From assembly GCA_030390025.1 (NCBI GenBank), contig JASTWF010000035.1, positions 3,596,001 to 3,660,000 of the forward strand: a stretch of 64,000 bases of DNA. Reading direction: 5' to 3'. The translations under genes were made by a program, and so were the position numbers. The notes beneath the pieces are model-generated. The model was not told where the DNA came from. It searched no databases and worked only from the letters and a program-made list of their open reading frames with translations. This document shows, one piece after another, positions 37,701-50,664 of this stretch. Origin of the DNA: Squalus acanthias. Taxonomy: Eukaryota. Each line of letters opens with the position of its first letter. Position 1 is the first letter of the stretch.

Positions 37701-40700
37701 AATACCTCGAGTCTCTTCGCCGGGAGCAAGCGGAAGCCAAGCGCAAGGAGCGCACGTCAACCCAAGCATCCACCCGCCGGCCCCTTCAACCACCGTCTGC
37801 CCCACCTGTGACAGCGACTGTAGGTCCCGCATTGGACTCATCAGTCACCTGAGAACTCATTTTTAATGTGGAAGCAAGTCATCCTCGGTTCCGAGGGACT
37901 GCCTAAGAAGAAGAAGAGGGGGTTAGACACTGTTCTCTGCAGCCAGGAGCGTGAGACCCGAGGCTATGTTGCCTACCCGGTGCCAGGGTAAAGGACATCT
38001 TCTCCGGGCTGCAGAAGAACTTGGAGTGGGAGGGGGAGGATTCAGTTGTCGTGGTCCACATAGGTACCATCGACATAGGTAGGACAAAGAAAAAGGTTCT
38101 GCTGAGAGAGTTTGAGCAGCTAGGGACTAAATTAAAAAGCAGAACCACAAAGATCATAATCGCTATTATTACCGGAGCCACGAGCAAATTGGCATAGGGT
38201 CAATAGGATCAGGGAGATGAATGCGTGGCTCAAAGATTGGTGTAGGAGAAGTGGGTTTCGATTCGTGGGGCACTGGCACCAGTACTGGGGAAAGAGAGAG
38301 CTGTTCCGTTGGGACGGACTACACCTGAACTATGCTGGGACCAGAGTTCTAGCGAATCGAATAACTAGGGAGGTAGATAGGGCTTTAAACTAAATAAGGT
38401 GGGGGGAGGGTCCCGGTAGAGAGAAATCTAGAATGCTAAAGAGAAAAGACAAGGAAGCAGTGCAGGAAAGTGATTGGGGTAAGGATAACCAGATTGTGTC
38501 AGGAAGGGACAGAACGTACAAACAACGGAGTGCACTAACCAATACGGTCCGGGTAAGAAAAAATGGTAAGACAAATAGGGCCACAGTACAAAAAAATGTT
38601 AAGATGTCTAAAAATGTTAAAAAGACAAATCTAAAGGCACTGTATCTGAATGAACGAAGCATTCGTAATAAGGTAGACGAATTAACAGCGCCAGTAGATG
38701 TAAACGGATACGATATAATTGCGATTACAGAGACATGGCTGCAGGGTGACCAAGAGTGGGAGCTGAATATCCAAGGATATTCGATATTTAGGAAGGACAG
38801 GCAAAAATGAAAAGGAGGTGGGGTGGCGTTGTTAGTAAAGGATGAAATCAGAGCAATAGTGAGAAAGGATATTGGCTCAGAAAATAAAGATGTAGAATCA
38901 GTCTGGGTGGAGCTAAGAAGCACCAAGGGGCAGAAAACATTGGTGGAAGTTGTCTATAGGCCTCCAAACAGTAGTGGTAATGTAGGGGATGGCATCAAAT
39001 AGGAAATTAGAGATGCATGTAACAAGGGGACTGCAGTAATCATGGGTGACTTTAATCTGCATATAGACTGGCCAAACCAAATTAGTAATTATACTGTGGA
39101 GGATGAATTCCTGGAGTGTGTACGAGATGGTTTCTTAGACCAGTATGTTGAGGAGCCAACTAGGGAACAGGCTATCCTAGATTGAGTATTGTGCAATGAG
39201 AAGGGGTTAATTAATAATCTTGTTGTGTGGGGTCCTTTAGGGAAGAGTGACCATAACATGATAGAATTCTTCATTATGATGGAAAGTGAAGAAGTCCAAT
39301 CCTAAATCTAAATAAAGGAAACTACGAAGGTATGAGGAGTGAGTTGGCTATGATAGATTGGGGAGCTTCATTAAAAGGCATGGCGGTGGATAGGCAATGG
39401 CTAACATTTAAGGAACGAATGCATGAATTGCAACAGTTATACATTCCTTTCTGACGCAAAAACTCAAAAGGAAAAGCGGCCTAACCATGGCTAACAAAAG
39501 AAATTAAGGATAGTATTAAATCCAAAGAGGAATCATATAAAGTTGCCAGAAAAAGTAGCAAGCCTGAGGATTGGGAGCAGTTTAGAGTTCAGCAAAAAAG
39601 GACCAAGAGATTGAATAAGAGGGGAAAAATGGAGTATGAGAGTAAACTTGCAATAAACATTAAAGCGGATTGTAAAAGCTTCTACAAGTATGTAAAAAGA
39701 AAAAGATTAGTGAAGACAAATGTAGGTCCCTTACAGTCAGAAACGGGAGAATTTATAATGGGGAACAAAGAAATGGCTGAGCAATTAAACAAATACTTTG
39801 GTTCTGTCTTCACGGAGAGGACACAAATAACTTCCCAGAAATGCTAGGGAACCAAGGGACTAGTGAGAAGGAGAAATGAAAGGAAATTAGTATTAGTAAA
39901 AAAAATAGTGCTGGAGAAATTAATGGAACTGAAAGCCGATAAATCCCCAGGGCCTGATGATCTGCATCCCAGAGTACTAAAAGAGATAGCCATGGAAATA
40001 GTGGATGCATTGGTTGTCATCTTCCAAAATTCTATAGATTATGGAACAGTTCCTGCAGATTGGAGGGTGGCAAATGTAACTCCACTATTTAAAAAAGGAG
40101 GGAGAGAGAAAACAGGGAACTACAGACCGGTTAGCCTAACATCAGTAGTAGGGAAAATGCTAGAGTCTGTTATAAAGGATGTGATAACAGGACACTTAGA
40201 AAATATCAACGGGATTAGACAAAGTCAACATGGATTTATGAAAGGGAAATCGTGTTTGACAACCCTACTAGAGTTTTTTGAGGATGTAACTGGTAGAATA
40301 GATAAGGGAGAACCAGTGGATGTGGTGTATTTGGATTTTCAGAAGGCCTTTGATAAAGTCCCACATAAGAGGTTAGTGTGCAAAAATAAAGCACATGGGA
40401 TTGTGGGTAATATACTGGCATGGATTGAAAATTGGTTAACTGACAGGAAACAGAGAATAGGAATAAATGGGTCTTTTTCGGGGTGGCAGGCGGGGACTAG
40501 TGGGGTACCGCAGGGATTAGTGCTTGGGCCCCAGCTATTCACAATATATATCAATGATTTGGATGAGGGAACCAAATGTAATATTTCCAAGTTTGCTGAC
40601 GACACAAAACTAGGTGGGATTGTGAGTTGTGAGGAGGATGCAAAGAGGCTTCAAGGCGATTTAGACAAGTTGAGTGAGTGGGCAAATACATGGCAGATGC

Positions 40701-41518
40701 AGTATAACGTGGATAAATGTGAAGTTATCCACTTCGGTAGGAAAAACAGAAAGGCAGAGTATTATTTAAATGGTGATAGATTGGGAAATGTTGATGTACA
40801 GAGGGACCTGGGTGTCCTTGTACACCAGTCACTGAAAGCAAACATGCAGGTGCAGCAAGCAGTTAGAAAGGCAAATGGTATGTTGGCCTTCATTGCAAGA
40901 GGATTTGAATACAGGAGCAAGGATGTCTTACTACAGTTATACAGGGCCTTGGTGAGACCATACCTGGAGTACTGTGTGCAGTTTTGGTCTCCTTACTTAA
41001 GAAAGGATATACTTGTCATAGAGGGAGAGCAGCAAACGTTCACCAGACTGATTCCTGGGATGGCAGGACTGTTGTATGAGGATAGATTGGGTCTACTAGG
41101 CCTGTATTCACTAGAGTTTAGAAGAATGAGAGGGGATCTCATTGAAACGTATAAAATTCTGACAGGGCTAGACAGACTGGATGCAGGGAGGACGTTTCCC
41201 CTGGCTGGGGGGTCTAGAACGAGGGGTCACAGTCTCAGGATACAGGGTAGGACATTTAGGACTGAGATGAGGAGAAATTTCTTCACTCAGAGAGTGGTGA
41301 ACCTGTGGAATTCTCTACCACAGAAGGCTGTGGAGGCCAAGTCACTGAATATATTTAAGAAGGAGATAGATAGATTTCTAGACACAAAAGGCATCAAGGG
41401 GTATGGGGAGAGAGCGGGAATATGGCATTGTGATAAAGGGTCAGCCATGATCATATTGAATGGCGGAGCAGGCTCGAAGGGCTGAATGGCCTACTCCTGC
41501 TCCTATTTTTCTATGTTT
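34770..41518 (+). mobile_element. Full-length CR1 LINE (5' UTR, ORF1, ORF2, 3' tail), decayed and interrupted by an RTE element
   Basis: ORF1 from 35060 (CCCCNMW..GKCL, VGDSIVRG) resumes at 37931; APE at 38630-39300 with stops; 540-aa RT ORF at 39863-41485; TTCTATG tail. Confidence 0.9.
35548..37916 (+). mobile_element. 5'-truncated RTE-clade LINE inserted into CR1 ORF1
   Basis: KHQDWFDEND, GNYRGVSLLS, FFDLTKAFD and CPTCDSDCRSRIGLISHLRTH motifs; (AAG)n tail; 14-bp TSD AGGGGG(A/T)TAGACAC at 35534-35547 and 37917-37930. Confidence 0.9.
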
Positions 41519-41911
41519 TTCCAATTCCCCTTTGAAAACTACTATTGAATCATCTTCCACCACCCTTTAAGGCAGTGCATTCCAGATCACAACAACTCGC
41601 TGCATAAAAAAATGCGCCGAGTGTCCTCCTTCTGTACTTGGATAGTCCTCATTCTGGAACAATGTTTTTCAATTTTTCTGTTTGAGATCGTCTAGCAAAT
41701 ATATGCCACAATTCAAAGGACTTCCTGTGTAAACTTCGAAAAGATACGGTCAGCTACCCAAAGGAAAATATTGCAGTAATGTATTTTATTGCTGTACAGC
41801 AACAGAAATGCAGAAAATGTGGAAAAACCCGAGAGAACAGAATTATCAAGACAGTGTTATTCTCAGCCCCAGACAGAGAGAAATCTGATAAACTGGCAGA
41901 GTCTGTGGGAT

Positions 41912-42508
41912 CTGCAGGAGCAAGCGAGGGTCCTGCAGGAGAAAGCGAGGTTCCTGCAGGAGAAAGCGAGGGTCCTGCAGGAGAAAGCGAGGGTCCTGCA
42001 GGAGAAAGCGAGGGTCCTACAGGAGCAAGCGAGGGTCCTGCAGGAGAAAGCGAGGGTCCTGCTGGAGAAAGCGAGGGTCCTGCAGGAGAAAGTGCGGGTC
42101 CTGCAGGAGAAAGCGAGGGTCCTGCTGGAGAAAGCGAGGGTCCTGCTGGAGCAAGCGAGGGTCCTGCTGGAGAAAGCGAGGGTCCTGCTGGAGAAAGCGA
42201 GGGTCCTGCAGGAGAAAGCGAGGGTCCTGCAGGAGAAAGCGAGGGTCCTGCAGGAGAAAGCGAGGGTCCTGCAGGAGAAAGCGAGGGTCCTGCAGGAGAA
42301 AGCGAGGGTCCTGCTGGAGAAAGCGAGGGTCCTGCAGGAGAAAGCGAGGGTCCTGCAGGAGAAAGCGAGGGTCCTGCAGGAGAAAGCGAGGGTCCTGCTG
42401 GAGAAAGCGAGGGTCCTGCAGGAGAAAGCGAGGGTCCTGCAGGAGAAAGCGAGGGTCCTGCAGGAGAAAGCGAGGGTCCTGCAGGAGAAAGCGAGGGTCC
42501 TGCAGGAG
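41912..42508. repeat. 21-bp minisatellite GCAGGAGAAAGCGAGGGTCCT, about 28 copies
   Basis: Direct tandem periodicity; the unit has no stop codon on either strand, which produces repetitive ORFs. Confidence 0.96.
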
Positions 42509-42784
42509 AGCATGTTGGACCAACTCAGACCAGCTTGAAAGCCTGTGCTGTAGGAGTTAGTGCTATGATAAAGGAGGGGGAAGGGATTTGAATGTTGAAC
42601 TTGATTTGGAGCGTGTGTTAATCACAGAGTGATGCCCAGATATACTCTACTAACTAAGGTGGAAGTAAAGAGCAGAATAAGATTATCTACTCATTAGTAA
42701 CATCCTGCAACTCTTTTATTCATGTACATGGGTGAAAACTGTTCAGATTGCAATCACACTAACAAGAAATTCTGTATGTTTCAG

Positions 42785-42900
42785 TTCATGGTGACCCTTT
42801 CCCAGTGGTGCACACAGACGCACTCACTCACTCTACAAAGCATCAAACCTCGACCAAAGGGGAAGAAGGAGAGTAAGGAGGAATATCTTAAAAGCACACA
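42785..42900 (+). CDS. FBXO41: FBXO41-like exon
   Basis: Acceptor TGTTTCAG| (phase 0). Encodes FMVTLSQWCTQTHSLTLQSIKPRPKGKKESKEEYLKST. Donor CA|GTGAGC, phase 2. Confidence 0.92.
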
Positions 42901-43674
42901 GTGAGCATCATCTCCTGCATTATCAAGACTGTTGTGTAACAGTTGATATCCACATGTCGGTTATTTGATTAATATACTTAGCCTGTAAATCTAACACTGC
43001 TGCCGCTGGGGAAGGTTTCATGCTATTGGGAGCGGAGTCTAAACCAGAGAAAAGAAAATGCTTGCAGGGAAGTGTTTCATTAAGAGACAGCAATCCAAAT
43101 GATTGTTCAATTGAATCCAGCAGCTGAAATTTGCTGTCAAATCATATTAAGGCACCTGTACTTGCAATAAGGACGGAATTATACTCCAAATGTCTTGTAA
43201 ATCGGCTCCTAAATGAATTGACATTAATGTAATTCTATATTTAAATTGTTCCACTAAAGACGAGAAAAATACCAGTAGGACAACTAACCTGGCGAAAAAG
43301 AATACTTTGCCTCCTTGCTCCTATTTCTATTTCTGGTTTCCGCACACTTTGTATCAAGCTCTGTATGGTAATTGAAAGAATTTGAAATATTTTGTGACTG
43401 GGTTCAACAACATGTTTTAATTATGAGTAGCTGAGACCAAAGTGCTACTGGCAATCATGTTATTCCTCTGCAAAAGTCTGATTATACTTAGCAATGTTGT
43501 TGAAAGCAGCTTCAAAATGCCGGGAGTGGAGAAGGCAGAGATCTCGCACTAACAACAGTTGTGACACAAAGGAAGTTTAATTGCAACTAGCTCTGGTGTC
43601 AAGGGGAAATATCAAGCCCAATGTATGTTTTCAATAAGTATACAAATGAACACGTGTTTAATTTGTTATGCCAG

Positions 43675-43827
43675 TGGCTGTCTGGAGACTGGGCTGGAGT
43701 CCCTGCTGAAGGCTGCTGGCAGCAACCTCCTAATTCTGAAGGTCTCCCATTGTCCAAACATCCTGACTGACCGTTCACTTTGGTTGGCAAGCTGTTACTG
43801 CCGTGCACTACAAGCAGTAACTTATAG
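43675..43827 (+). CDS. FBXO41: FBXO41-like exon (LRR-like region); the next exon lies beyond the window
   Basis: Acceptor GCCAG| (phase 2, giving CA+T=His). Encodes GCLETGLESLLKAAGSNLLILKVSHCPNILTDRSLWLASCYCRALQAVTYR. Donor AG|GTGAGT. Confidence 0.93.
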
Positions 43828-44479
43828 GTGAGTAAAATGTTCATTCTTTTATAACTTATCTGAGCTGCACTGGGAGAAATAATTGGGGCAACAAACTTAA
43901 TGCTATTCATTGCGGCTGCTATATGTTGAGTGTGTAACGTATAGATGAGCAGAATGAAGAGAGATTGGATTTGATAATGAGGAAATACTTGGGTATTGTA
44001 TAGAATTATATAGTTGTCCATCTGAAGAACATGGAGGCTATAAAGGAGAAATTTGCAAGGAACATGGGAAAGTACAGGAGTGGGGAAGACTCTGCAGTTT
44101 ATATGGACAGTCCCAAAAAATAATGCTCATTCGCCTACTCCTTTAAATATCTACCCAATTCTCCTTTCAGATTTTTCACTTTACCTGCCTCCAATGTCTC
44201 CGAGTTCATTCCACATGGTCACCACTTTGCATGGAGTTAAGTTTAATCCAGGGTTCAATTACCTATTGCCTTATATCGCTTCTGAGCTTTCTTTTCTCAA
44301 AGTAACCAATCCTAGGATCTTCAACCTTTCCTCGTAGCTCAGATGTCTTAATCCAAGTATGAGTTTGCCCTCTTCCATAAGAACATAAGAAATAGGATCA
44401 GGATTCGGCCCTTCGAGCCTGCTCCGCCATTCAATAAATCCAGGGAGGTCATTTTAAAACTGTATTTGGCCATTCGTCA

Positions 44480-44775
44480 GGGACGGTAGCATAATGGTTA
44501 TGTTATTGGACTAGTAATCCAGAAGCCTGGACTAATGATCCAGAGACATGAGTTCAAATCCCACTGAATGAGGAATTTAAATTCAGTTAATTAAATAAAT
44601 CTGGACCATGAAACTATCGGATTGTTGTAAAAACCCATCTGGTTCATTAATGTCCTTTTGGGAAGGAAATCTGCCATCCTTACTGCTCTGGCCTATATGT
44701 GACTCCAGACCCACAGCAATGTGGTTGACTCTTAACTGCCCTCTGAAATGGCCTAGCAAGCCACTCAGTTGTACA
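44480..44775 (+). mobile_element. tRNA-derived SINE
   Basis: A-box-like TAGCATAATGG and B-box-like GAGTTCAAATCCC; core shared with 30440-30640. Confidence 0.72.
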
Positions 44776-44857
44776 AGAAGGCAAAGGCGGGTATATGGAG
44801 CCATGATCTCATTGAATGGCGGAACAGGCTTGAGGGGCCAAATAGCCTCCTCCTGTT

Positions 44858-45650
44858 CATAGAATCAGAGGACATTTACATCACAGAAGGAGGCCATTCG
44901 GCCCATCTTGTCTCTGCCGGCTGACAAAGAGCTATCCACCCTAATCCCTCTTTCCAGCACTTGGTCTGTAGCCTTGTACGTTATGGCACTTCAAGTGCAT
45001 CTCCAAGTACTTTTTAAATGTCATAGAGTCATAACGGCACAGAAGAAGGCCATTCGGCTCATCGAGTCCGTGCTGGCTCTCTGCAGCGCAATCCAGTCAG
45101 TCCCATTCCCCCGCTCTATCCCTGTAGCCCTGCAAGTTTATTTCCCTCAAGTGCCTATCCAGTCTCCCCTTGAAAACATTCAGTGTGTCCGCTTCCACCA
45201 CTTCCGTCGGCAGCGACTTCCAGGTCATCACCACTCGCTGCGTATAAAAGTTTTTTCTCACATCCCCCCTGTATCTCTTGCCCAAAACCTTAAATCTGTG
45301 TCCCCTAGTCTTTGTACCATCAACTAGTGGGAACAGCCTTTCCCCATCTAGCCGATCCAAACCTGTCATAATCTTGTACACCTCTATCCAATCACCTCTC
45401 AACCTCCTTTGCTCTAATGAAAACAAATCCAGCTTTTCCAACCTGTCCTTGTAGCTAAGTTCCCCCATCCCTGGAACCATTCTGGTAAATCTCCTCTGCA
45501 CCCTCTCAAGGGCCTTCACATCCTTCCTAAAGTGTGGTGACCAGAACCGGATGCAATATTCCAGTTGTGGCCTAACCAGCACTTTATAAAGGTTCAGCAT
45601 AACTTCTCTACTTTTCTACTCAATACCTCTATTTATGAAGCCCAAGATCC
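44858..45650 (-). mobile_element. CR1 3' ends (two stacked)
   Basis: ORF 45097-45600 encodes an RT C-terminus; two hairpin/tail regions. Confidence 0.83.
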
Positions 45651-45674
45651 CTCCTCACAGCTGTAATTGATTCA

Positions 45675-48600
45675 TAGAAACTTAGATACGTAGAAAAATA
45701 GGAGCAGGAGTAGGTCATTCGGCCCTTCGAGTCTGCTCCGCCATTCAATATGATCATGGCTGATCCTCTATCTCAATACCATATTCCCGCTCTCTCCCAT
45801 ACCCCTTGTTACCTTTTGTTTCTAGAAATCTATCTATCTCCTTCTTAAATATATTCAATGACTTGGCCTCCACAGCTGTCTGTGGTAGAGAATTCCACAG
45901 GTTCACCACCCTCTGAGTGAAGAAATTTCTCCTCATCTCAGTCCTAAATGTCCTACCCTGTATCCTGAGACTGTGACCCCTCGGCCAGGGGAAAGATCCT
46001 CCCAGCATCCAGTCTGTCTAGCCCTGTCAGAATTTTATACGTTTTCACGAGATCCCCTCTCATTCTTCGAAACTCTAGTGAATACAGGCCTAGTCGACCC
46101 AATCTCTCCTCATAGGACAGTCCTGCCATCCCAGGAATCAGTCTGGTGAACCTTCACTGCACTCCCTCTATGGCAAGTATATCCTTTCTTAGGTAAGGAG
46201 GCCAAAACTGCACACAGTACTCCAGGTGTAGTCTCACCAAGGCCCTGTATAACTGTAGTAAGACATCCTTGCTCCTGTACTCAAATCCTCTTGCAATGAA
46301 GGCCAACATACCATTTGCCTTCCTAACTGCTTGCTGCACCTGCATGTTTGCTTTCAGTGACTGGTGTACAAGGACACCCAGGTCCCTCTGTACATCAACA
46401 TTTCCCAATCTATCACCATTTAAATAATACTTTGCCTTTCTGTTCTTCCTACTGAAGTGGATAACTTCACATTTATCCACGTTATACTGCATCTGCCATG
46501 TATTTGCCCACTCACTCAACTTGTCTAAATCGCCTTGAAGCCTCTTTGCATCCTCCTCACAACTCACAATCCCACCTAGTTTCGTGTCATAGAAACATAG
46601 AAGATAGGAGCAGGAGTAGGCCATTTGGCCCCTCGAGCCTGCTCCGCCATTCGATGAGATCATGGCTGATCATCCAAATTCAGTACCCTGTACCTGCCTT
46701 CTCCCCATATCCCTTGATACCTTTAGCTTTAAGAAATATATCTAATTCATTCTTGAATATATTTAATGACTTGGCCTCAACTACCTTCTGTGGTAGAGAA
46801 TTCCACAGGTTCACCACTCTCTGGGTGAAGAAATTCTTCCTCATTTCTGTCCTAAATGGCTTACCCCTTATCCTTAGATTATGACCCCTGGTTCTGGACT
46901 CTCCGACCATCGGGAACATTCTTCCTGCATCTAGTTTGTCCAGACCTGTCAGAATTTTATATGTTTCGATGAGCTCCCCTCTCATTCTTCTATACTCCAG
47001 CGAGTATAAGCCCAATCGACCCAATCTCTCCTCATATGTCATTCCTGCCATCCCAGGTATCAGCCTTGTGAATCTTCGCTGAACTCCTTCCATGGCAAGA
47101 ACATCCTTCCTTAGAAAAGGCGACCAAAACTGCACACAATACTCAAGGTGTGGTCTCACCAAGGCCCTGTACAACTGCAGCAGGACATCCCTGTTCCTAT
47201 ACTCAAACCCTTTCGCTATGAAGGCCAACATACCATTTGCCTTCTTCACCACCTGCTGCACCTGCATGCTTACCTTCAGCGACTGGTGCACAAGGACACC
47301 CAGGTCTCGTTGCACTTCCCCTTCTCCCAATCTATTGCCATTCAGATAATAGTCTGCCTTTCTGTTTTTGACACCAAAGTGGATAACCTCGCATTTATCC
47401 ACGTTATATTGCATCTGCCACGCTTCTGCCCACTCACCCAACCTGTCCAAATCATCCTGGAGTTTCTCGGTATCCTCCTCGCAGCACACACGCCCACCCA
47501 GCTTTGTGTCATCTGCAAACTTGGAGATATTACATTTAGTTCCCTTATCTAGATCATTAATGTATATTGTGAATAGCTGGGGTCCAAGGACCGATCCCTG
47601 CGGTACCCCACTAGTCACTGCCTGCCACTCGGAAAAAGACCCATTAATTCCTACTCTCTGCTTTCTGTCTGCCAACCAGTTCTCTATCCAAGTCAATACC
47701 TTGCCCCCAATCCCATGTGCCTTAACTTTACACGCTAATCTCTTATGCGGGACCTTAACGAAAGCCTTTTGAAAGTCCAAATACACCACATCTACTGGTT
47801 CTCCCTTATCTATTTTCCCAGTTATATCCTCAAAAAATTCCAGTAGATTAGTCAAGCACGATTTACCTTTTGTAAATCCATGTTGACTTTGTCCGATCCT
47901 GTCACTGTTTTTCAAGTGCTCAGCTATTACATCCTTTATAATGGACTCTAGCATTTTCCCCACTACCGATGTCAGGCTTACCGGTCTGTAATTCCCCACT
48001 TTCTCTCTACTACCCTTTTTGAATAGTGGGGTAACATTAGCTACCCTCCAATGCATGGGTACAGTTCCAGATTCCATCGAATGTTGGAAAATGATCAGCA
48101 ATGCATCTACTATTTCTAGGGCCACTTCCTTAAGTACTCTAGCATGTAGATTATCAGGCCCTGGGGATTTATCAGCCTTCAATCCCGTCAATTTCCCTAA
48201 CACCATTTCCCTGCAAATACTGATTTCTTTCAGTTCCTCCCTTTCATCAGACCCTATGTTCTCCAACATCTCTGGGAGGTTATTTGTGTCCTCATTTGTG
48301 AAGACAGAACCAAAATATGCATTTAATTGGTCTGCCATTTCTTTGTTCCCCATTATAACTTCCCCCGCTTCTGACTGCAAGGGACCTACACTTGATTTCA
48401 CTAATCTTTTTCTCTTCACATATCTATAAAAGCTCTTGCAGTCAGTTTTTATGTTCCCTGCAAGCTTACTTTCATATTCTATTTTCCCCCTCTTAATTAA
48501 TCCCTTTGTCCTCCTTTGTTGAATCCTAAACTGCTCCCAATCCTCAGGGTTACCGCTTTTTCTGGCCAATTTATGTGCCCTCTCCTTGGATCTTATGCTA

Positions 48601-50660
48601 TCCCTAATTTCCCTTGTTAGCCACGGTTGAGTCACCCTTTTTGTTTTATTCTTATGCCACACTGGGATGAACAAATTCTGTAGTTCATCCATGCAGTCTT
48701 TGAATGATTGCCATTGCCTATCCACCGTCAACCCTTTGAGTGACATTCCCCAATCAATCCTACCCAATTCGCGTGTCATACCATTGTAGTTTGCTTTATT
48801 TAAATTCAGGACCCTAATCTCTGATTCAACTACTTCACTCTCCATCCTAATGAAGAATTCTATCATATTATGATCACTCTGACCCAAGGGGCCTCGTACA
48901 ATAAGATTGCTAATTAATCCTTTCTCGTTACATAATACCCAGTCTAAGATGGCCTGATCTCTGGCTGGTTCCTCGACATATTGTTCCAGAAAACCATCCC
49001 GTAAACATTCTAGGAATTCCTCCTCCACAGTATTTTTACTAATTTGGTTAGCCCAATCTATATGTAAATCAAAGTCACCCATGATGACTGCTGTGCCCTT
49101 ACTGCATGCTTCTCTAATTTCCCTTTTAATGCCGTCCCCAACTTCCGTATTACTGTTTGGAGGTCTATATACCACTCCCACTAACGTCTTCTGCCCCTTG
49201 TTATTTCTCAGTTCTACCCATACAGATTCCGCATCATCAGTTACTATCCTTCCTTTCAATTGTGTTAATCCCCTCTTTAACCAGCAATGCTGCCCCACCT
49301 CCCTTTTTTGCCTATCTTTCCTAAATATTGAATACCCCTATCGTCAGCAAACCAGGAAATATTACATCCAAATCATTGATATATATTGTGAATAGCTGTG
49401 CCCCAAGCATTGATCCCTGCGGTACCCCACTAGTCACCGCCTGCCACCCCGAAAAAGATCCATTTATTCCTACTCTCTGTTTCCTGTCTGTTAACCAATT
49501 TTCAATCCATGTCAGTACATTACCCCCAATTCCATGTGCTTTAATTTTGCACACTAGCCTCTTATGTGGGACTTTATCAAAGGTCTTTTGAAAATCCAAA
49601 TACACCACATCCACTGGTTCTCCCTTGTCTATTCTACCAGTTACATCCTCAAAAAACTCTAGTAGGTTTGTCAAACACGATTTCTCTTTCATAAATCCGT
49701 GTTGACTTTGTCTAATCACGTTGATATTTTCTAAGTGTCCTGTTATCACATCCTTTATAATAGACTCTAGCATTTTCCCTACTACTGATGTTAGGCTAAC
49801 CGGTCTGTAGTTCCCTGTTGTCTCTCTCCCTCCCTTTTTTAAATAGTGGAGTTACATTTGCCACCCTCCAATCTGCAGGAACTGTTCCATAATCTATAGA
49901 ATTTTGGAAGATGACAACCAATGCATCCACTATTTCCATGGCTATCTCTTTTAGTACTCTGGGATGCAGATTATCAGGCCCTGGGGATTTATCGGCTTTT
50001 AGTCCCATTAATTTCTCCAGCACTTTTTTTACTAATACTAATTTCCTTTAATTCCTCCTTCTACTAGACCCTTGGTTCCCTAGCATTTCTGGGAAGTCAT
50101 TTGTGTCCTCTTCCGTGAAGACAGAACCAAAGTATTTGTTTAATTGCTCAGCCATTTCCTTGTTCCCCATTATAAATTCTCCCGTTTTTGACTGTAAGGG
50201 ACCTACATTTGTCTTCTTTAATCTTTTTCTTTTTACATACTTGTAGAAGCTTTTACAGTCTGCTTTTATGTTTATTGCAAGTTTAATCTCATACTCTATT
50301 TTTCCCCTCTTAATCAATCTCTTGGTTTTTTTTTGCTGAATTCTAAACTGCTCCCAATCCTCAGGCTTGCTACTTTTTCTGGCAACTTTATATGACTCCT
50401 CTTTGGATCTAATACTATCCTTAATTTCCTTTGTTAACCATGGTTGGGCCGCTTTTCCTTTTGAGTTTTTGCGTCAGAAAGGAATGTATAACCGTTGCAA
50501 TTCATGCATTCGTTCCTTAAATGTTAGCCATTGCCTATCCACCGTCATACCTTTTAATGAAGCTCCCCAATCTATCATAGCCAACTCCCTCCTCATACCT
50601 TCGTTGTTTCCTTTGTTTAGATTTAGGACCCTAGTTTCAGATTGGACTTCTTCACTTTCC
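45675..50660 (-). mobile_element. CR1 ORF2 (tether to 3' tail), host of the 46589-49340 insertion
   Basis: RT ORFs 49321-50317 and 46154-46588 join at the FADD motif; similar to 39300-41518. Confidence 0.87.
46589..49340 (-). mobile_element. Young 5'-truncated CR1 with an uninterrupted 872-aa ORF2 (APE C-terminal part plus complete RT)
   Basis: ORF 46680-49298 has no stops and contains [22 protein letters not shown] and KFADD; TTCTATG tail. Confidence 0.93.
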
Positions 50661-50664
50661 TTAA

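Noticed and set aside
41779..42591. Collagen-like or coiled-coil protein genes (GESEGPA / LQEKARV ORFs)
   Set aside because: The ORFs arise in four or more frames from a stop-free 21-bp unit with almost no synonymous variation, and the FBXO41 exons join in phase without it.
44480..44565. tRNA gene
   Set aside because: A- and B-box-like motifs are present but no cloverleaf is evident, and the sequence continues into a SINE body.
47092..48429. Antisense ORFs overlapping CR1 RT regions (many similar cases across the window)
   Set aside because: Shadow frames of the LINE ORF2 with no independent motifs.
46680..49298. Retron, group II intron or DGR-type reverse transcriptase system
   Set aside because: The APE+RT architecture, 3' hairpin and microsatellite tail identify a CR1 non-LTR retrotransposon.
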